Shown piece after piece: positions 22,850-39,345 of a DNA stretch of 64,000 nucleotides (positions within the stretch are counted from its first letter, which is position 1; each line of letters begins with the position of its first letter). Location of the stretch: the NCBI GenBank assembly GCA_002269645.1, contig NIVC01000084.1, forward strand, positions 1,054,001 through 1,118,000. The letters run 5' to 3'. The translations under genes were made by a program, and so were the position numbers. This DNA comes from Macrostomum lignano. Lineage: Eukaryota. Under the pieces are notes generated by a model. The model was not told the DNA's origin and made no database searches. It saw only the letters and a program-made list of their open reading frames with translations.

Positions 22850-23308
22850 ATGGATCCTATTTTTGCTTTTTATTCTGGTCCGAATAGATCTGCTGAAGGT
22901 GGAGGTGGATCTGGCATTCCTGTTTACGAAGGTTACGGTTTTTTGTCAAATTTGGCGGACAGATTGGTGTATCCTGTACTACGCAACGCAAAGAAAGATT
23001 TCTTGGATCGTGGTCTGGAGTATTTGAAAAGTGCGACAGCAAAAATTGGTATGGGTCGGAAGCGTCACTTGGACACAGAATCGAGCGAAGAGATGTTTAA
23101 TACACCTGCAGTCTCGAGACCAAAGCGAAGGAAAAGAACCAGTGGAGTGGCTATAAGCTTAGGAAAGAAGAAACGACAAAAGAAACGACGAACAAGACAG
23201 TGTGGAAAAGGACGCGTGAACAAACGAAAACGCAAGAGGGTAGGTGGTAAAAGAAAACGTCGAACTGCTACTGCAAGCAAGAAACTTTTTAGTCTGTTTG
23301 AAAAGTAG
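22850..23308 (+). CDS. Arg/Lys-rich core (DNA-condensing) protein upstream of the MCP
   Basis: GSGIPVYEGYGFL motif followed by a long basic tract; conserved position before the MCP in Polintons. Confidence 0.7.
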   Translation: MDPIFAFYSGPNRSAEGGGGSGIPVYEGYGFLSNLADRLVYPVLRNAKKDFLDRGLEYLKSATAKIGMGRKRHLDTESSEEMFNTPAVSRPKRRKRTSGVAISLGKKKRQKKRRTRQCGKGRVNKRKRKRVGGKRKRRTATASKKLFSLFEK

Positions 23309-23309
23309 C

Positions 23310-24632
23310 ATGAATCATTTGCTTGGACCTGATATTGCTGCTCTTAAAAGTGAATTGTCGCTATTTGATCAAAGTCCTGTTCAGTTTAGTGTTTTGGATA
23401 ATCGGTATACTAACATTCAACCGCAACATGGTATTACAAAAGGATCACCTATCGAATTTGAGGTTGTGCCTGCAGGCGATTTGTATTTGGATCTACAAGA
23501 AACTGTGCTCACGGTATGCTTCAGCGTTAGTGATAGTGAAGGTGAACCTATAGATGCAACAAAAAATTTTGTTTGTTTGAATAATTTGGCTATTGGAACA
23601 TTGTTTGAAGACGTTCAATTTACTATTGGCGATACTGTAGTTGAAGGTGGTAGTTTTATGTATCCATACAAGGCTATGCTTCTTACATTACTGGAATACG
23701 GACATACAGCTCAGAAGGCTGGTTTACTACCGTGGGGATTTTACAAGGATACAGCTGGTAAAATGAATGCAACAAGTGAAAACGATGGACGAACAAAGAG
23801 GCAGGCGCTTATTGCTAACAATAGGCGGTGCACTGTATCGGGGCCGTTATTCTTGGATTTGTTTCGTCAGCCTCGGTATCTACTATCAAAGACACCACTG
23901 CGGATCAAGCTCATACCGGCAAAAAGTAAATTTGTCCTGAGCGGGTCAACATTAGAAGCTGGTGCGGTATTAAAAGACTATGAGATCAAGTTTTTGCGTG
24001 CAGAACTACGATTGCGGTTTGTTCAACCCTCGCCGAGTGTTATCAGTGCACATGCTCATGGACTTAAAAGTCACAATGCATTATATCCGCACCGAAGTCT
24101 AAGCCTTGGTACGTTTACTATACCCCGAGGATCGTCTAGCCATACGCATGAAAATTTGTTTCCTAGTGGAGTACCACGGCTTTTATTGATGGCAATCGTA
24201 AGCAACAAGGCATTCAATGGAAGCATGGACACTAATCCGTTCAACTTTGAGCATGCAAATGTGAGCAGCATTGGTGTGTTTGTGAATGGAGACTCGGTAC
24301 CATCGCGTCCGCTGCAGACAAACTTTGGAGATGATTGTGTGACAGAGTATAATTTTTTGCTACAACAGCTTGGAATCTATCTACAGGGACGAGATATTGG
24401 ATTTAATATGCTGGATTACGGTAATGGTTACTCAATTTTTGCATTCAGTCTTGGAAGTGAACCTGGTGTCGGACGAGGAGTGCAACTGTATAAGGAAGGA
24501 AATGTAAAACTAGAGTTACGCTTCAATGCTGCAACTAGTACCGTGTACAACGTCATATTTGGAGGTATATTTGACAAGCAACTGCAACTGACTGAACTTC
24601 GCGACATTGTTCCTGGCACAGTATGGAAGTAA
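23310..24632 (+). CDS. Major capsid protein (double jelly-roll)
   Basis: KSELSLF..P.Q, PIEFEV, YLDLQET, GPLFLDLFRQPRYL and NPFNFEH; intact ORF. Confidence 0.95.
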   Translation: MNHLLGPDIAALKSELSLFDQSPVQFSVLDNRYTNIQPQHGITKGSPIEFEVVPAGDLYLDLQETVLTVCFSVSDSEGEPIDATKNFVCLNNLAIGTLFEDVQFTIGDTVVEGGSFMYPYKAMLLTLLEYGHTAQKAGLLPWGFYKDTAGKMNATSENDGRTKRQALIANNRRCTVSGPLFLDLFRQPRYLLSKTPLRIKLIPAKSKFVLSGSTLEAGAVLKDYEIKFLRAELRLRFVQPSPSVISAHAHGLKSHNALYPHRSLSLGTFTIPRGSSSHTHENLFPSGVPRLLLMAIVSNKAFNGSMDTNPFNFEHANVSSIGVFVNGDSVPSRPLQTNFGDDCVTEYNFLLQQLGIYLQGRDIGFNMLDYGNGYSIFAFSLGSEPGVGRGVQLYKEGNVKLELRFNAATSTVYNVIFGGIFDKQLQLTELRDIVPGTVWK

Positions 24633-25186
24633 TTGATTCTATCCTAGATCGTGGAGTAACAGATCGCTTCCTTCGCAATGTTGTATCGAAATTGTGCGCA
24701 CATTTTTTAAATGTTGTATTTCTTGGTGTTTTTCCTCAAAACTTTGTTGGTGGACTTAGACGCTTACCTTTAGACGGTAAAGACTATTTTTTTATCGTTA
24801 ATACTGACGTCTCTAACCTGCCCGGAAAACATTGGGTATGCGTTTGGGTTTATGGTCATCGAGCAGGTCGCGGTAGCAAACGACTTGGTGAATATTTTGA
24901 TTCTCTTGGTCTAGTACCATTGCCAAGAATAGCAAAATGGCTAGGAAAAGAATGTGGAAATTCGAAAAATTGGTGTTATAGTCGCTTTGCTATCCAAGAC
25001 CCGCAGAGTGGAAGTTGTGGATTTTGGGTAATTTTTTATATTTTTCATAAGTTGACTACCAGAGGAAACCTAGAGTGTTTTATTCGAAGCGTTTTTAAAC
25101 GGAATATAATTCGCACTGGTTCGTTTCGATACTTGTATGGTAAATTACGCAATTTTGTTTTACGAGTGCTGCCTCAATATTTGTAA
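24623..25186 (+). CDS. Adenain-like (C5) cysteine maturation protease
   Basis: FLGVFP, IVNTD...GKHWV, YFDSLG, Q...SGSCG; intact ORF. Confidence 0.95.
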   Translation: MEVIDSILDRGVTDRFLRNVVSKLCAHFLNVVFLGVFPQNFVGGLRRLPLDGKDYFFIVNTDVSNLPGKHWVCVWVYGHRAGRGSKRLGEYFDSLGLVPLPRIAKWLGKECGNSKNWCYSRFAIQDPQSGSCGFWVIFYIFHKLTTRGNLECFIRSVFKRNIIRTGSFRYLYGKLRNFVLRVLPQYL

Positions 25187-25422
25187 ACTCGCTAATTTGT
25201 GCGTCAAATTGTGTTTATATCTAGTTGAAATATACAATATACTGCTTGAAAAGAAGAATTTAAATGCGTTAAGTTATACGTGAAATAAGCTTTGTGTCAA
25301 ATTGAATTTTGGTTGGGCTTGTAATTAGCAGCATTCATTGCGGATAGAATTTAGGTGGATAGACAGGTGTTTGCGTAAAAGTGATTCAGCTAATTGGTTA
25401 ATTCATTGCGTAAAAGCTAGTT

Positions 25423-25526
25423 TGCGTGCACGGCAAATTTCAGACTCTGCCATTTTTTTGGGCCTGTACTTACTATGTATTTCGCCATAAGGAAATCGGC
25501 TTTGTGTCAAAAAAACGTATACTACT
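25423..25526 (-). repeat. Right terminal inverted repeat
   Basis: Ends ...ACGTATACTACT; inverted copy of 5945-6048. Confidence 0.97.
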
Positions 25527-25629
25527 GACATCGGCAGAAGACGCTGACTCCAGCTGCTGGCCCCGAGGAGCCGGACTGGGCGAGCGTGGCCGACTGCCTT
25601 CAGCAGGAGGTGAAGGACGTTGAGAAGCT
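25527..25629 (+). pseudogene. Exon-like GC-rich segment abutting the right TIR, apparently truncated
   Basis: Open frame HRQKTLTPAAGPEEPDWASVADCLQQEVKDVEK ends at a GTGAGT donor (25630); no acceptor or ATG before the TIR. Confidence 0.45.
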
Positions 25630-25689
25630 GTGAGTGCCGCTGGCTGGCTTGAATTGTGGTAGAGAATTATTCAGGAAACAGCTCGACAT

Positions 25690-25782
25690 GACTGTGTCTG
25701 TGTTGATGTCTGTCTGTCTGTCTGTCTGCCTGTCTGTCTGTCTGTCTGCCTGTCTGTCTGTCTGCCTGTCTGTCTGTCTGCC

Positions 25783-25823
<41 letters not shown>

Positions 25824-25841
25824 GCCTGTCTGTCTGTCTGC

Positions 25842-25893
<52 letters not shown>

Positions 25894-25906
25894 GTCTCTG
25901 TCTCTC
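25690..25906. repeat. (TGTC)n microsatellite
   Basis: Direct tetranucleotide run between a donor and an acceptor. Confidence 0.95.
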
Positions 25907-26038
25907 TAGCTGTCTGCTAAAAGCCGCTATGTCTACTCACAGCAGTAGCCTGTGCGCATGTTTCCCAATTCATCACAGTAGTTTGGCATTGAGCCAGAGG
26001 CCGTCGATTCCCCATTCAGCTTCCAGGAGCAGTTGGAC

Positions 26039-28959
26039 ATGGAGACTCGAACCGCGGAGATGCAGAATGTGTTCAGTGGGCTGGCAATCAAAGATTGCAA
26101 AGATATCCACCCCTACCTGGTAAGTCAGTGCTGAGCATCATTAGCATTTATTGAGGATTCTCACCATTGCAATTCGCTTATCATAAGATTTACAATAGCT
26201 AATGCCGGTGCACTCACAGGTGTCTCTGCTCACCGAGAAGCTGGGTCTCGAGTATTTCACCAAAGTGCAGGCTGAGACTCTGCCGCTGGTGCTGGCTGGC
26301 AAAGATGTGCTCATCAAGACTCAGACTGGCTCAGGTGAGTCCTGCTGATAAGCTCCATAGAACTGATGTACTCAGAACAGCTCAGTGCGCACTGAGAGTT
26401 CAGCACAGCCACGGTGCATTCAGCACAGCCATGGTGCATTCAGCACAGCCATGGTGCATTCAGCACAGCCATGATGCATTCAGCACAGCCATGGTGCATT
26501 CAGCACAGCCATGATGCATTCAGCACAGCCATGATGCATTCAGCACAGCCATGATGCATTCAGCACAGCCATGACACATTCAGCACAGCCATGATGAATT
26601 CAGCACAGCCATGATGCATTCAGCACAGCCCCACTATCCTGATGCACTCTTATTGCCCCCCCTCCGTCGCAGGCAAGTCTCTCGCCCTTCTGCTCCCGCT
26701 GGTGCAGCAGCTGCAGGCGGTGCAGCCGCCGCTGAGCCGCAGCTCGGGCACGCAGGCGCTGGTGCTGTGCCCCACACACGAGCTGGCAGAGCAGAGCCAC
26801 AGCTTGCTGCAGCAGCTGCTCCGCCCCTTCGTCCGTATCGTCAGCGGCCAGCTGGTCGGCGGGGTGAAGCGCAAGTCGCAGAAGGCGTCGCTGCGCCGCG
26901 GTCTCAACATCCTGGTTGCCACACCGCGCCGCCTGTTGGACCACCTGGAGCGGAGCAGCCGGCTGCACCTGGGCTCCGGCATCCGGATGCTCATCATCGA
27001 CGAGGCAGACCGCCTGGCCGAGCTCGGCTTCGAGCGCGACGTCCGGCGCATCGTTGAGGCCGTCTGCGCCTGCGGCCGCCGCCCACAGACCCTGCTGTGC
27101 TCGGCCACCCTCACTGATGGAGCTGAGGGGCTGGCCGGCCTGGCGCTCAGCCAGCCCAGCTGCGTCTCCGAAGAAGCCGCCCTGCCGGCCAGCGTGCAGC
27201 ACTTTGTGCTGGCCGCCCCCACCCGCATGCGGCTGCGCGCCCTGCTGTCCGCCCTGCGGCCCGCCCTGGCCGCCGGACACAAGGCCGCCCTGTTCCTGCC
27301 TACCCAGGTCTGACTGCCTGCCTGATGTCTTTCTGGCTGTATGTCTGTGTCAGTCTGTCCACCTGTCAGTCTGTCCACCTGTCAGTCTGTCCACCTGTCA
27401 GTCTGTCCACCTGTCAGTCTGTCCACCTGTCAGTCTGTCCACCTGTCAGTCTGTCCACCTGTCAGTCTGTCCACCTGTCAGTCTGTCCACCTGTCAGTCT
27501 GTCCACCTGTCAGTCTGTCCAGCTATCAGTCTGTCCAGCTATCAGTCTGTCCACCTGTCAGTCTGTCCACCTGTCAGTCTGTCCACCTGTCAGTCTGTCC
27601 ACCTGTCAGTCTGTCCACCTGTCAGTCTGTCCAGCTATCAGTCTGTCCAGCTATCAGTCTGTCCACCTGTCAGTCTGTCCACCTGTCAGTCTGTCCACCT
27701 GTCAGTCTGTCCACCTGTCAGTCTGTCCACCTGTCAGTCTGTCCAGCTATCAGTCTGTCCACCTGTCAGTCTGTCCACCTGTCAGTCTGTCCACCTGTCA
27801 GTCTGTCCACCTATCAGTCTGTCCACCTGTCAGTCTGTCCACCTGTCAGTCTTTGTTACTCTGTCCACCTGTCAATCAGTCTGTCCACCTGCCAATCAGT
27901 CTGTCAGTCTGTCCACCTGCCAATCAGTCTGTGTCAGTCTGTCCACCTGCCAATCAGTCTGTGTCAGTCTGTCCACCTGTCAGTCTGTCTGTGTCAGTCT
28001 GTCCACCTGTCAGTCTGTCTGTGTCAGTCTGTCAACCTAACCCTAACCCTAACTCTCCCTCTTCCCAGTCATCAAATTTCTGTAATCTTACTACTCCGTC
28101 TATTGTGCTTCTAATATAAGTTCTCCACTCTCTGTCTATCTCCATCGCTGCTTCCGCGAAGATGAGCTTTCATTTCCATTCACGCCTCAATATCCCCCAG
28201 GCTTCCGTAGACTTTCACCACGGCCTGCTGTCCGCTCTGCTCTCCGACTCCGTGCCGCTGTGCCGTCTCCATGGCAACCTGGCGCACGCGGACCGCATCA
28301 GGGCCTTCCGCGAGTTCGCCAGCCGCGGCGGCTCCGGCCTCCTTGTCACCACCGACGTCAGCGCCCGCGGCCTGGACTTGAGCCGCCTCTCCTGGGTCAT
28401 CCAGGGCCCCGGCGAGCCGCAGCTCTACTGCCACCGCGCCGGCCGCACCGCTCGCCTCGGCCGGCCGGGCCGCTGCCTCCTCCTGCTGGACTCCGCCGAG
28501 GTGGCGCCCTATCTGCGCCTGCTGACAGCCCCGGACAGCCCCGGCCGTAGTCTCCGATTTGCCCCGGTGCCAGCGGGCCGCCTGATGGCCCGCTGCTGTC
28601 CGGAAAACTTCGGCCAGCTCACCCAGCTGGTGGCTGACACCGAGCAGCTCCGGGCGCTGGCTGAGGACGCTTTCGTGTCCACCGTGCGGGCCCGCGCCAC
28701 CTTCGCAGGGGACCTCCGCGCTGCCCTGCCCATGCCGCACCTGGGCCATCTGGCCTCCAGCTTCTGCCTGGCCGACCCGCCCGGCGTCATCGCCGCCAAC
28801 GCCCGCCGGCGGCGGCACCCGGAGGCGGTGGAGGCTGCGGAGGCTGCGGCCGCGTCCGCCAAGACTGAGCGGAGAACTTCGAAGGTTTCGGCCGGACGTC
28901 GGGTTCGGACGGGAGGCGCCGCCGTGGACAGGCTGTCCGAGTTTGCCAGCGGCATCTGA
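26039..28959 (+). CDS. DDX31: DEAD-box RNA helicase, DDX31/Dbp7-like (exons ~25982/26039-26119, 26220-26334, 26673-27307, 28201-28959)
   Basis: All introns are GT-AG and phase-compatible; IHPYL, Q motif TKVQ, TQTGSGKS, PTHELA, IIDEADRL, SAT, LHGN, TDVSARGLD, HRAGRTAR, C-terminal SEFASG. The start codon is uncertain. Confidence 0.85.
26398..26630. repeat. 20-bp intronic minisatellite (CAGCACAGCCATGATGCATT)n
   Basis: About 11 tandem copies in helicase intron 2. Confidence 0.95.
27345..28035. repeat. 16-bp intronic minisatellite (GTCAGTCTGTCCACCT)n
   Basis: About 40 copies in helicase intron 3; the overlapping SLSTCQSVH ORFs are artefacts. Confidence 0.97.
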
Positions 28960-29268
28960 CGCATTCAGTAGCTGCTTGCATCCGGCAATCAAAATCAAAT
29001 AAACTGGCTGAAATCTGCTTTGCTGTGTTTCATTGACTGCACAGCTTTCTTTGATGCGAATTCGCACTGACAGGCTGCCAAGTATTTCTATTTGCACTCT
29101 TATTTTCACTGGATTGAATTGCTGCACTTTGCCAGCCTTGCTTTGAGGCCAGCTTTGAGTAACTGTGGCGACCTGGCCTGAAAAATTGAGACATAAAAAA
29201 TGCAAAAATCTCTCTTTTTGGTCATACAGTCGAAAAATAAAATGCAAGATGCAGGAGCCGAAAGCGCC

Positions 29269-29540
29269 CCTTAAATCGAGTGGCGGAAGCGCCCCTTAAA
29301 TCGAGTGGCGGAAGCGCCCCGAATCGAGTGGGCGGAAGCGCCCAAAATCGAGTGGCGGGAACGCCCCGAATCGAGTGCCGGAAGCGCCCCGAATCGAGTG
29401 GCGGAAGCGCCCCGAATCGAGTGGCGGAAGCGCCCCGAATCGAGTGGCGGGAGCGCCCCGAATCGATTGGCCAGTGCGCGGGGGCGCCCTCAATCTAGTG
29501 ACGGGAGCGCCCCGAATCGAGTGACGGGAGCGCCCCGAAT
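29269..29540. repeat. ~23-bp GC-rich minisatellite (GAATCGAGTGGCGGAAGCGCCCC)n
   Basis: About 11 tandem copies. Confidence 0.93.
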
Positions 29541-30127
29541 TGAGGGTGGGAGCGACCGGAAAAGAGAATCAGGAATGTTTCGATGACGCCAGAACTGCAG
29601 CGGATATTCGGTACGAACTGGCGGTGAGCCCTCAGTAACATGAGGCCGCGGGCCCTGGCCGAACTGACAGCGAATTGATGGCAGCAGGCTGGCTGATCAA
29701 TGCCTCGCTGCTGGCCGGGCCGCCCCCTCACGCCTGACTGGTCGCGGCGGCCAGAGCCGAAATCGATATTCCCGCGTGCTCGATCGCAGATTTATTGCGG
29801 GGCCCGTCGGCCCTCATGCTCGAGTTGAGCGGCAGCTAAGTAGAAAAGCTTGTGAAATTGTGCGGGCTGAGCGGCGCAAACCGAGGGCTGTTAGGAACTT
29901 TTCATTTCACCAGCTACTTGTGCTGCGATGAAAACAAATATTTGAATTATGAGGCCCGCGTGCTCGGGTCAGCTTGAGTGCGCAATGATTAAAGCCTTGA
30001 ACTGGTGAGCTGGAAATAGTCATGAGTCATTACTGTCACTGCGGTCTTGTCGCAGTTTGAACCAAGCGATCTGGACGTGTGAGCGTATTTTATGTACAAG
30101 CAATAAAGCCTATCTTTAACTTTATGA

Positions 30128-34434
<4,307 letters not shown>

Positions 34435-37419
34435 TCCTTGTGCTCTTTTACCTTGGGGTTGCGATAGGGGCCTCGCGGCCTATTCGCGGCGCCTGCGCCC
34501 CCCGTCAGTAGTAAGTAAGTAAGTAAGTAAGTAACTTTATGACCCAGCGGCGGTGGACCCTGAAAAAAGTGAACTTGGCCTTTGAACTTTTTTATGTTGA
34601 ATCAGCGATAAATTCAGTGATGAAATACACTTGTAGACCTGCTGGCCTCAAAGCAACTCTCTGATGCCTCAAAGATCAGCAGCACAATAGTCCTTCAGTC
34701 ATCCGGACTGAACTCAATTCAACTCCTTGCACCTTCGTTCAGCTTTGCTCCCCCCCCCCCACTCTGGCATTCGATTTCGCGCCCGGCCGAGCGCGGCTGA
34801 GGTAGCGAGATCCCCGATCCCTCCTCTCGTCCGCGCCGGGCCGCTTCTATCTGCCTTTAATTGCCCGGCTTAGAAACCGACAGCCACCCCAATTCGCGTG
34901 CCTTTGCCGCCGACGCGCCGAGTTTTGCCAACCGGGCCGCTTGCGGTCGGATTTTGAGCTGCTTTTAACTCGGCGACCTGCTTGAGAAGCAACTCGTCCG
35001 GATTAAAATAACGAACTGCTTCTCCTGGTGCGGAACGGTGAAGAGCAGCTGTGGAGGCCCGCGAAGGCTCAACTTGAAGGCTCGCGTGCCGGCCTTGAAA
35101 ACTTCGCAACGGTCTTTTGGGGAGCAGAAACTTTTCACTGGCTCAGCTGACAGGCTGTGCTTAAAGTTGTTATTGTTTTTGACATTCGAGGCTGCAGTAT
35201 GGAATTGTGAGCGAAGTGGCATAATAAAAATACTGATGGCACCGTTCTCATCATGCACATGGCGTACCTGTAGCGAGAAACGCCAATGAAGGCGCCCCTC
35301 ACCTCACGGCAGTGCTGCTTCGCCCTCCTACGTACAGAGACCTGGCCTCAACGGAGCCCCGAGCCCCTGTGTACTTTCCTGCCCCGCCTGTCCAGGCCTC
35401 CGCCCTTCTGGCCTTGCTCTCAGATTCGGCTAATTAAGAGCCGCCCCCGCCAAAGAGTCACTTTTTATAAAAGCAAGAAACTGTGCGGGTCAACTGCCCT
35501 CTCCCGGCTTTGATGGTCCTGGAAATTTGAGACGCGGGAAGAGAAACTGCCTGGGGCGGATGGGGCCGCATGCGGGAGAGCGCCGGAAGCTGCGAAGGTC
35601 CTGCAGCCAGACAGGCGTTGCGGTATCCGATGGGCCTGTGAATGCAGTGCATTTTATTTACTAATTGGACTCTCATGGGCTTTGCTTGCTGCAGTATTTA
35701 GTAAATGATCTTGCATGCTGCATCCTTCAAAGGTCAATGTACTTGGCTCGCCAATCAAAACCCGGATCTACTGAAAAACGTGCACGCGCTTAGTGGAGAT
35801 GCCACGCAACCAAGTAATCCCCATCAGTTTAGTGACTTCAGATGCATTTCTCTGCCGCGGCATTTTTCAACTTCCAACTATTGAATCTGCGATTTCTTGT
35901 GCAGCTGTTTGTGAAAGTCTGCAGCTCTGCCCCGACTCGATGGCAGATCGATCGCTGAACTGACGCTGCGCTCGCTTCAGGCTTCTGAGGCTGCGTCGCC
36001 CCTGTCTCTCTGGCATTATCTTGATAAGCTGGGGGGGGGGGGGGGGCAGATCTGCACCCGGAGCCCGCAGTGCTGGCCTGATGCGCGCGGGCAGCGGTCG
36101 CAGCTTGCGATTTGCGTGTTGCCGCCTCCATCAGCGAGCTTGCAAAACTATTTCCAAAAGACATTAATTGAATTACGCTGGCTTAATTAAGGACCTCAAG
36201 AGCGGCTTTCAGCGCTCCCTTGATGCGTCCACCGACCCTCCGCCCAGAATCCCGCCACCTTCCCCAACCCCACCGCCGCCATCAGCGCCCTCCTTCCTGC
36301 GATTTCGAGTTTGATTCCCCCGCTGTGCCAAGCTTTAATTAGAGGCCCAGCGATCGAATGGCTCTTAAAAGTTCCCGTCCAAGAGCTTCTTGCAGAACGG
36401 CAGCACAAAGACGGGCACGTCGCCGTCCTTAAGGACGCTGAGCTCAAACAGAAAGCGGCAGTTTTGAGTGCAGCTCTGCGCAAAGAAGGATTCATGTGTA
36501 TTTTTGATCAGCATCGATCTTCAGACAGCTCTGAGCCTGCCGCGCATTGGCAAGTCGCTCCGGGCGCATTCAGTGAAAGAGCAGTTGGGGACCGCCTGAC
36601 GGAACTGCAGAGCACAGATAGGCGAATAGATAACAGACTAGCGGATAGACAGAAACGGACAAGCAGGGGAGTTCGGCTTAAGAGTCATTTTACAAGTCGG
36701 CTTTAGACGCACTTGTAATGCCGCCAGGCAGTGCAGTACTCGGACGGGCATTCTCCAGCATCAGCTGCTCCTCAGAGCCCCTGAAAGTGCAGAGCGATTG
36801 GGATAAGAGTGCGAGTTAAGCGGCATCCCTACCGTGCAATTGAGACAGGCTTGGACAGTTCTGAGACTTCGCTTGGTTCAAATAGTTCATTCGGCCCCCG
36901 GAATCCGGCGGACCCAAAGGCAGAGGGAGACCATCTGGCCCGAGCAATTTCCCCCAGGATCCATAATAAGAAAAAGTGATTGATTTTCTCCTTTTTGCTA
37001 CAAAATCGATGGCCCGGCTTTGCCCCGCGCCCTTTATATTTCTCTCTGTCCGGGCGCAGTGGACAAGAGTTAATTTTGCCGGGAATTCGCACTTCTTCGG
37101 GCCTGCTGCAGGCGGGAATCGCGGCCGGGGCAAACCCTTGCGGGCACATCAGAAGACATTTTCTGCCCGTCTTAAGTCTCTTTGAGGCGGCACGCTAGCT
37201 GTCAGGATGGGATCTGGAACTATTAACTGGGCGCGGAGCGGGAAAATTTGCTTCTAGAGCCAGGTGCGAAGCCTTAATGTGTCAATTACTTCCTCATCAG
37301 CTTTTTAGAGAGCTGCTCAGCAGAAGCTCTTGATCAGATATCGATTTAAAGGGCACCGTGAGCAATCCTTAGCGATAATGTTTTGCGATGGCCCCTAGCT
37401 CCCTTCATTGCCTCTTTGT

Positions 37420-37750
37420 ACCACTCAGTCTCTGAACTGTGTGACCCACTCCCGTACCTCTTATCTCTGTGTGACCCACTCTCGTACCTCTTATCTCTGT
37501 GTGACCCACTCTCGTACCTCTTATCTCTGTGTGACCCACTCCCGTACCTCTTATCTGTATGTGACCCACTCCCGTACCTCTTATCTCTATGTGACCCACT
37601 CTCGTACCTCTTATCTCTGTGTGACCCACTCCCGTACCTCTTATCTCTGTGTGACCCACTCCCGTACCTCTTATCTCTGTGTGACCCACACCCCCTTACC
37701 TCTTATCTCTGTGTGACCCACTCCCATACCTCTTATCTCTGTGTGACCCA
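37420..37750. repeat. 30-bp minisatellite (GTGACCCACTCCCGTACCTCTTATCTCTGT)n
   Basis: About 10 tandem copies. Confidence 0.95.
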
Positions 37751-38734
37751 CATCTGCACTTGTGCCACCTTGTACAGCCCTGCGTTGCAATAACTCCATG
37801 TCTGTCCTACCAAACAACCCTGGAGTTGCCACTTACGCTTAGAACTGACTGGAAAGTTCAGAAAATTCTTCCTTCCCAGCAATTTTGCCCCCATTAGCAA
37901 GTCCAAGAGAATTCCCAGTTTCAACAATGCAGTTCATTCGGGGGCATCGGCAGACCGCGGGTCCAAGACGGGGAGCCTGACGGAATTCACGGGAATTGAT
38001 GCGAGAATTCCGTCTGATGCGGCGGAGTGCGCCCAGCCTCCAGGCGGGGCCCACAGCCTACCAGTTTTCCTCGGTCGCTTTCCCTCTCTCAGGCCCGTCA
38101 ATTTCCCGTGGCTCCCCGCCAGAGTGATGAAGCGCAGAGGCTGCGCGGGCCGACTGGGAGCTCCGGCGGGGGCGGCTGTGGGACGGAGCGCAGCTGGGGC
38201 TTGTCCCCGGTACCTCGCAGCCCCGCCTTATCTCGGCAATCCGCCCCCCCCGAAAGAAAGAAAGGCTGATGTCGCGGATTCAGCCGTCAGTTTTCAGAAT
38301 AATTGGGCTGAAAGGCGCATATCGCTACCGATCGCCCAGCACTGCCACCTCTGCGACTCCCGCCGATGCTGTCCATTGTGCTGCCCTGCTGCACTTTCCT
38401 GCGCAGACTGAGGCATGGGACAAGTTTTGCCGCTGCTACCGGCTCTATGATAATTGATTTCTGCTGCCGGCGCGCCAGCGTATTGCCTGCTCGAGTGCCC
38501 TCTGCCCATAGGGCGCCGGCTCTAACTGCGATTTTCCTCCACTTCGGAGCAGGCAACTCAATAGTGCTGCGTGGCAGCGGTGCAGCTGCAATCAGTACAG
38601 CACACTGATTGCATTAGAAGCTTCTGCTGCTGCTCTGGGGGTCTGCAGGTCTGAGGGGCAATGCTAGATCTGGAGACTCATATGACTCAGGCTCAGGCAG
38701 ATATCACTTACTGCCCCTAGATTGGCATCTGTAC

Positions 38735-39345
38735 TTCTCTCTATGGCCCAATCCTTCATCTGCATCTCTCTATGGCCCCAATCCCTCACCTGCCCCTCTC
38801 TATGGCCCCAATCCCTCACCTGCACCTCTCTATGGCCCAATCCCTCACCTGCCCCTCTCTATGGCCCAATCCCTCACCTGCCCCTCTCTATGGCCCAATC
38901 CCTCACCTGCACCTCTCTATAGCCCCAATCCCTCATCTGCATCTTTCTATGGCCCCAATCCCTCACCTGCCCCTCTCTATGGCCCCAATCCCTCACCTGC
39001 CCCTCTCTATGGCCCCAATCCCTCACCTGCCCATCTCTATGGCTCTAATCCCTCACCTGCATCTCTTTATGGCCCAATCCCTCACCTGCCCCAATCTATG
39101 GCCCCAATCCCTCACCTGCCCCTCTCTATGGCCCAATCCCTCACCTGCCCCTCTCTATGGCCCCAATCCCTCACCTGCCCCTCTCTATGGCCCCAATCCC
39201 TCACCTGCCCATCTCTATGGCTCTAATCCCTCACCTGCATCTCTTTATGGCCCAATCCCTCACCTGCCCCAATCTATGGCCCCAATCCCTCACATGCATC
39301 TTTCTATGGCCCTAATCCCTCACCTGCATCTCTCTATGGCCCCAA
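38735..39345. repeat. 29-30-bp minisatellite (CTCTCTATGGCCCAATCCCTCACCTGCCC)n
   Basis: About 20 tandem copies. Confidence 0.95.

Larger units (their letters stand above)
5945..25526 (+). mobile_element. Full-length Polinton/Maverick (adintovirus-like endogenous dsDNA virus), ~19.6 kb
   Basis: 104-bp TIRs starting AGTAGT and ending ACTACT; encodes pPolB, ATPase, minor and major capsid proteins, integrase and cysteine protease; AT-rich relative to host exons. Confidence 0.97.

Noticed and set aside
25909-26123. Joining exon 25527-25629 to the DDX31-like gene
   Set aside because: Canonical GT-AG splicing gives a frame incompatible with the helicase exon, so the link is unsupported.
28033-28052. 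Telomere-like CCTAAC run
   Set aside because: Only about 3 units inside an intron; too short to indicate a telomere or fusion site.
36196-36706. Overlapping short ORFs suggestive of a secreted peptide or terminal exon
   Set aside because: No recognisable motif and no consistent splice partner; the GC-rich background gives many such ORFs.
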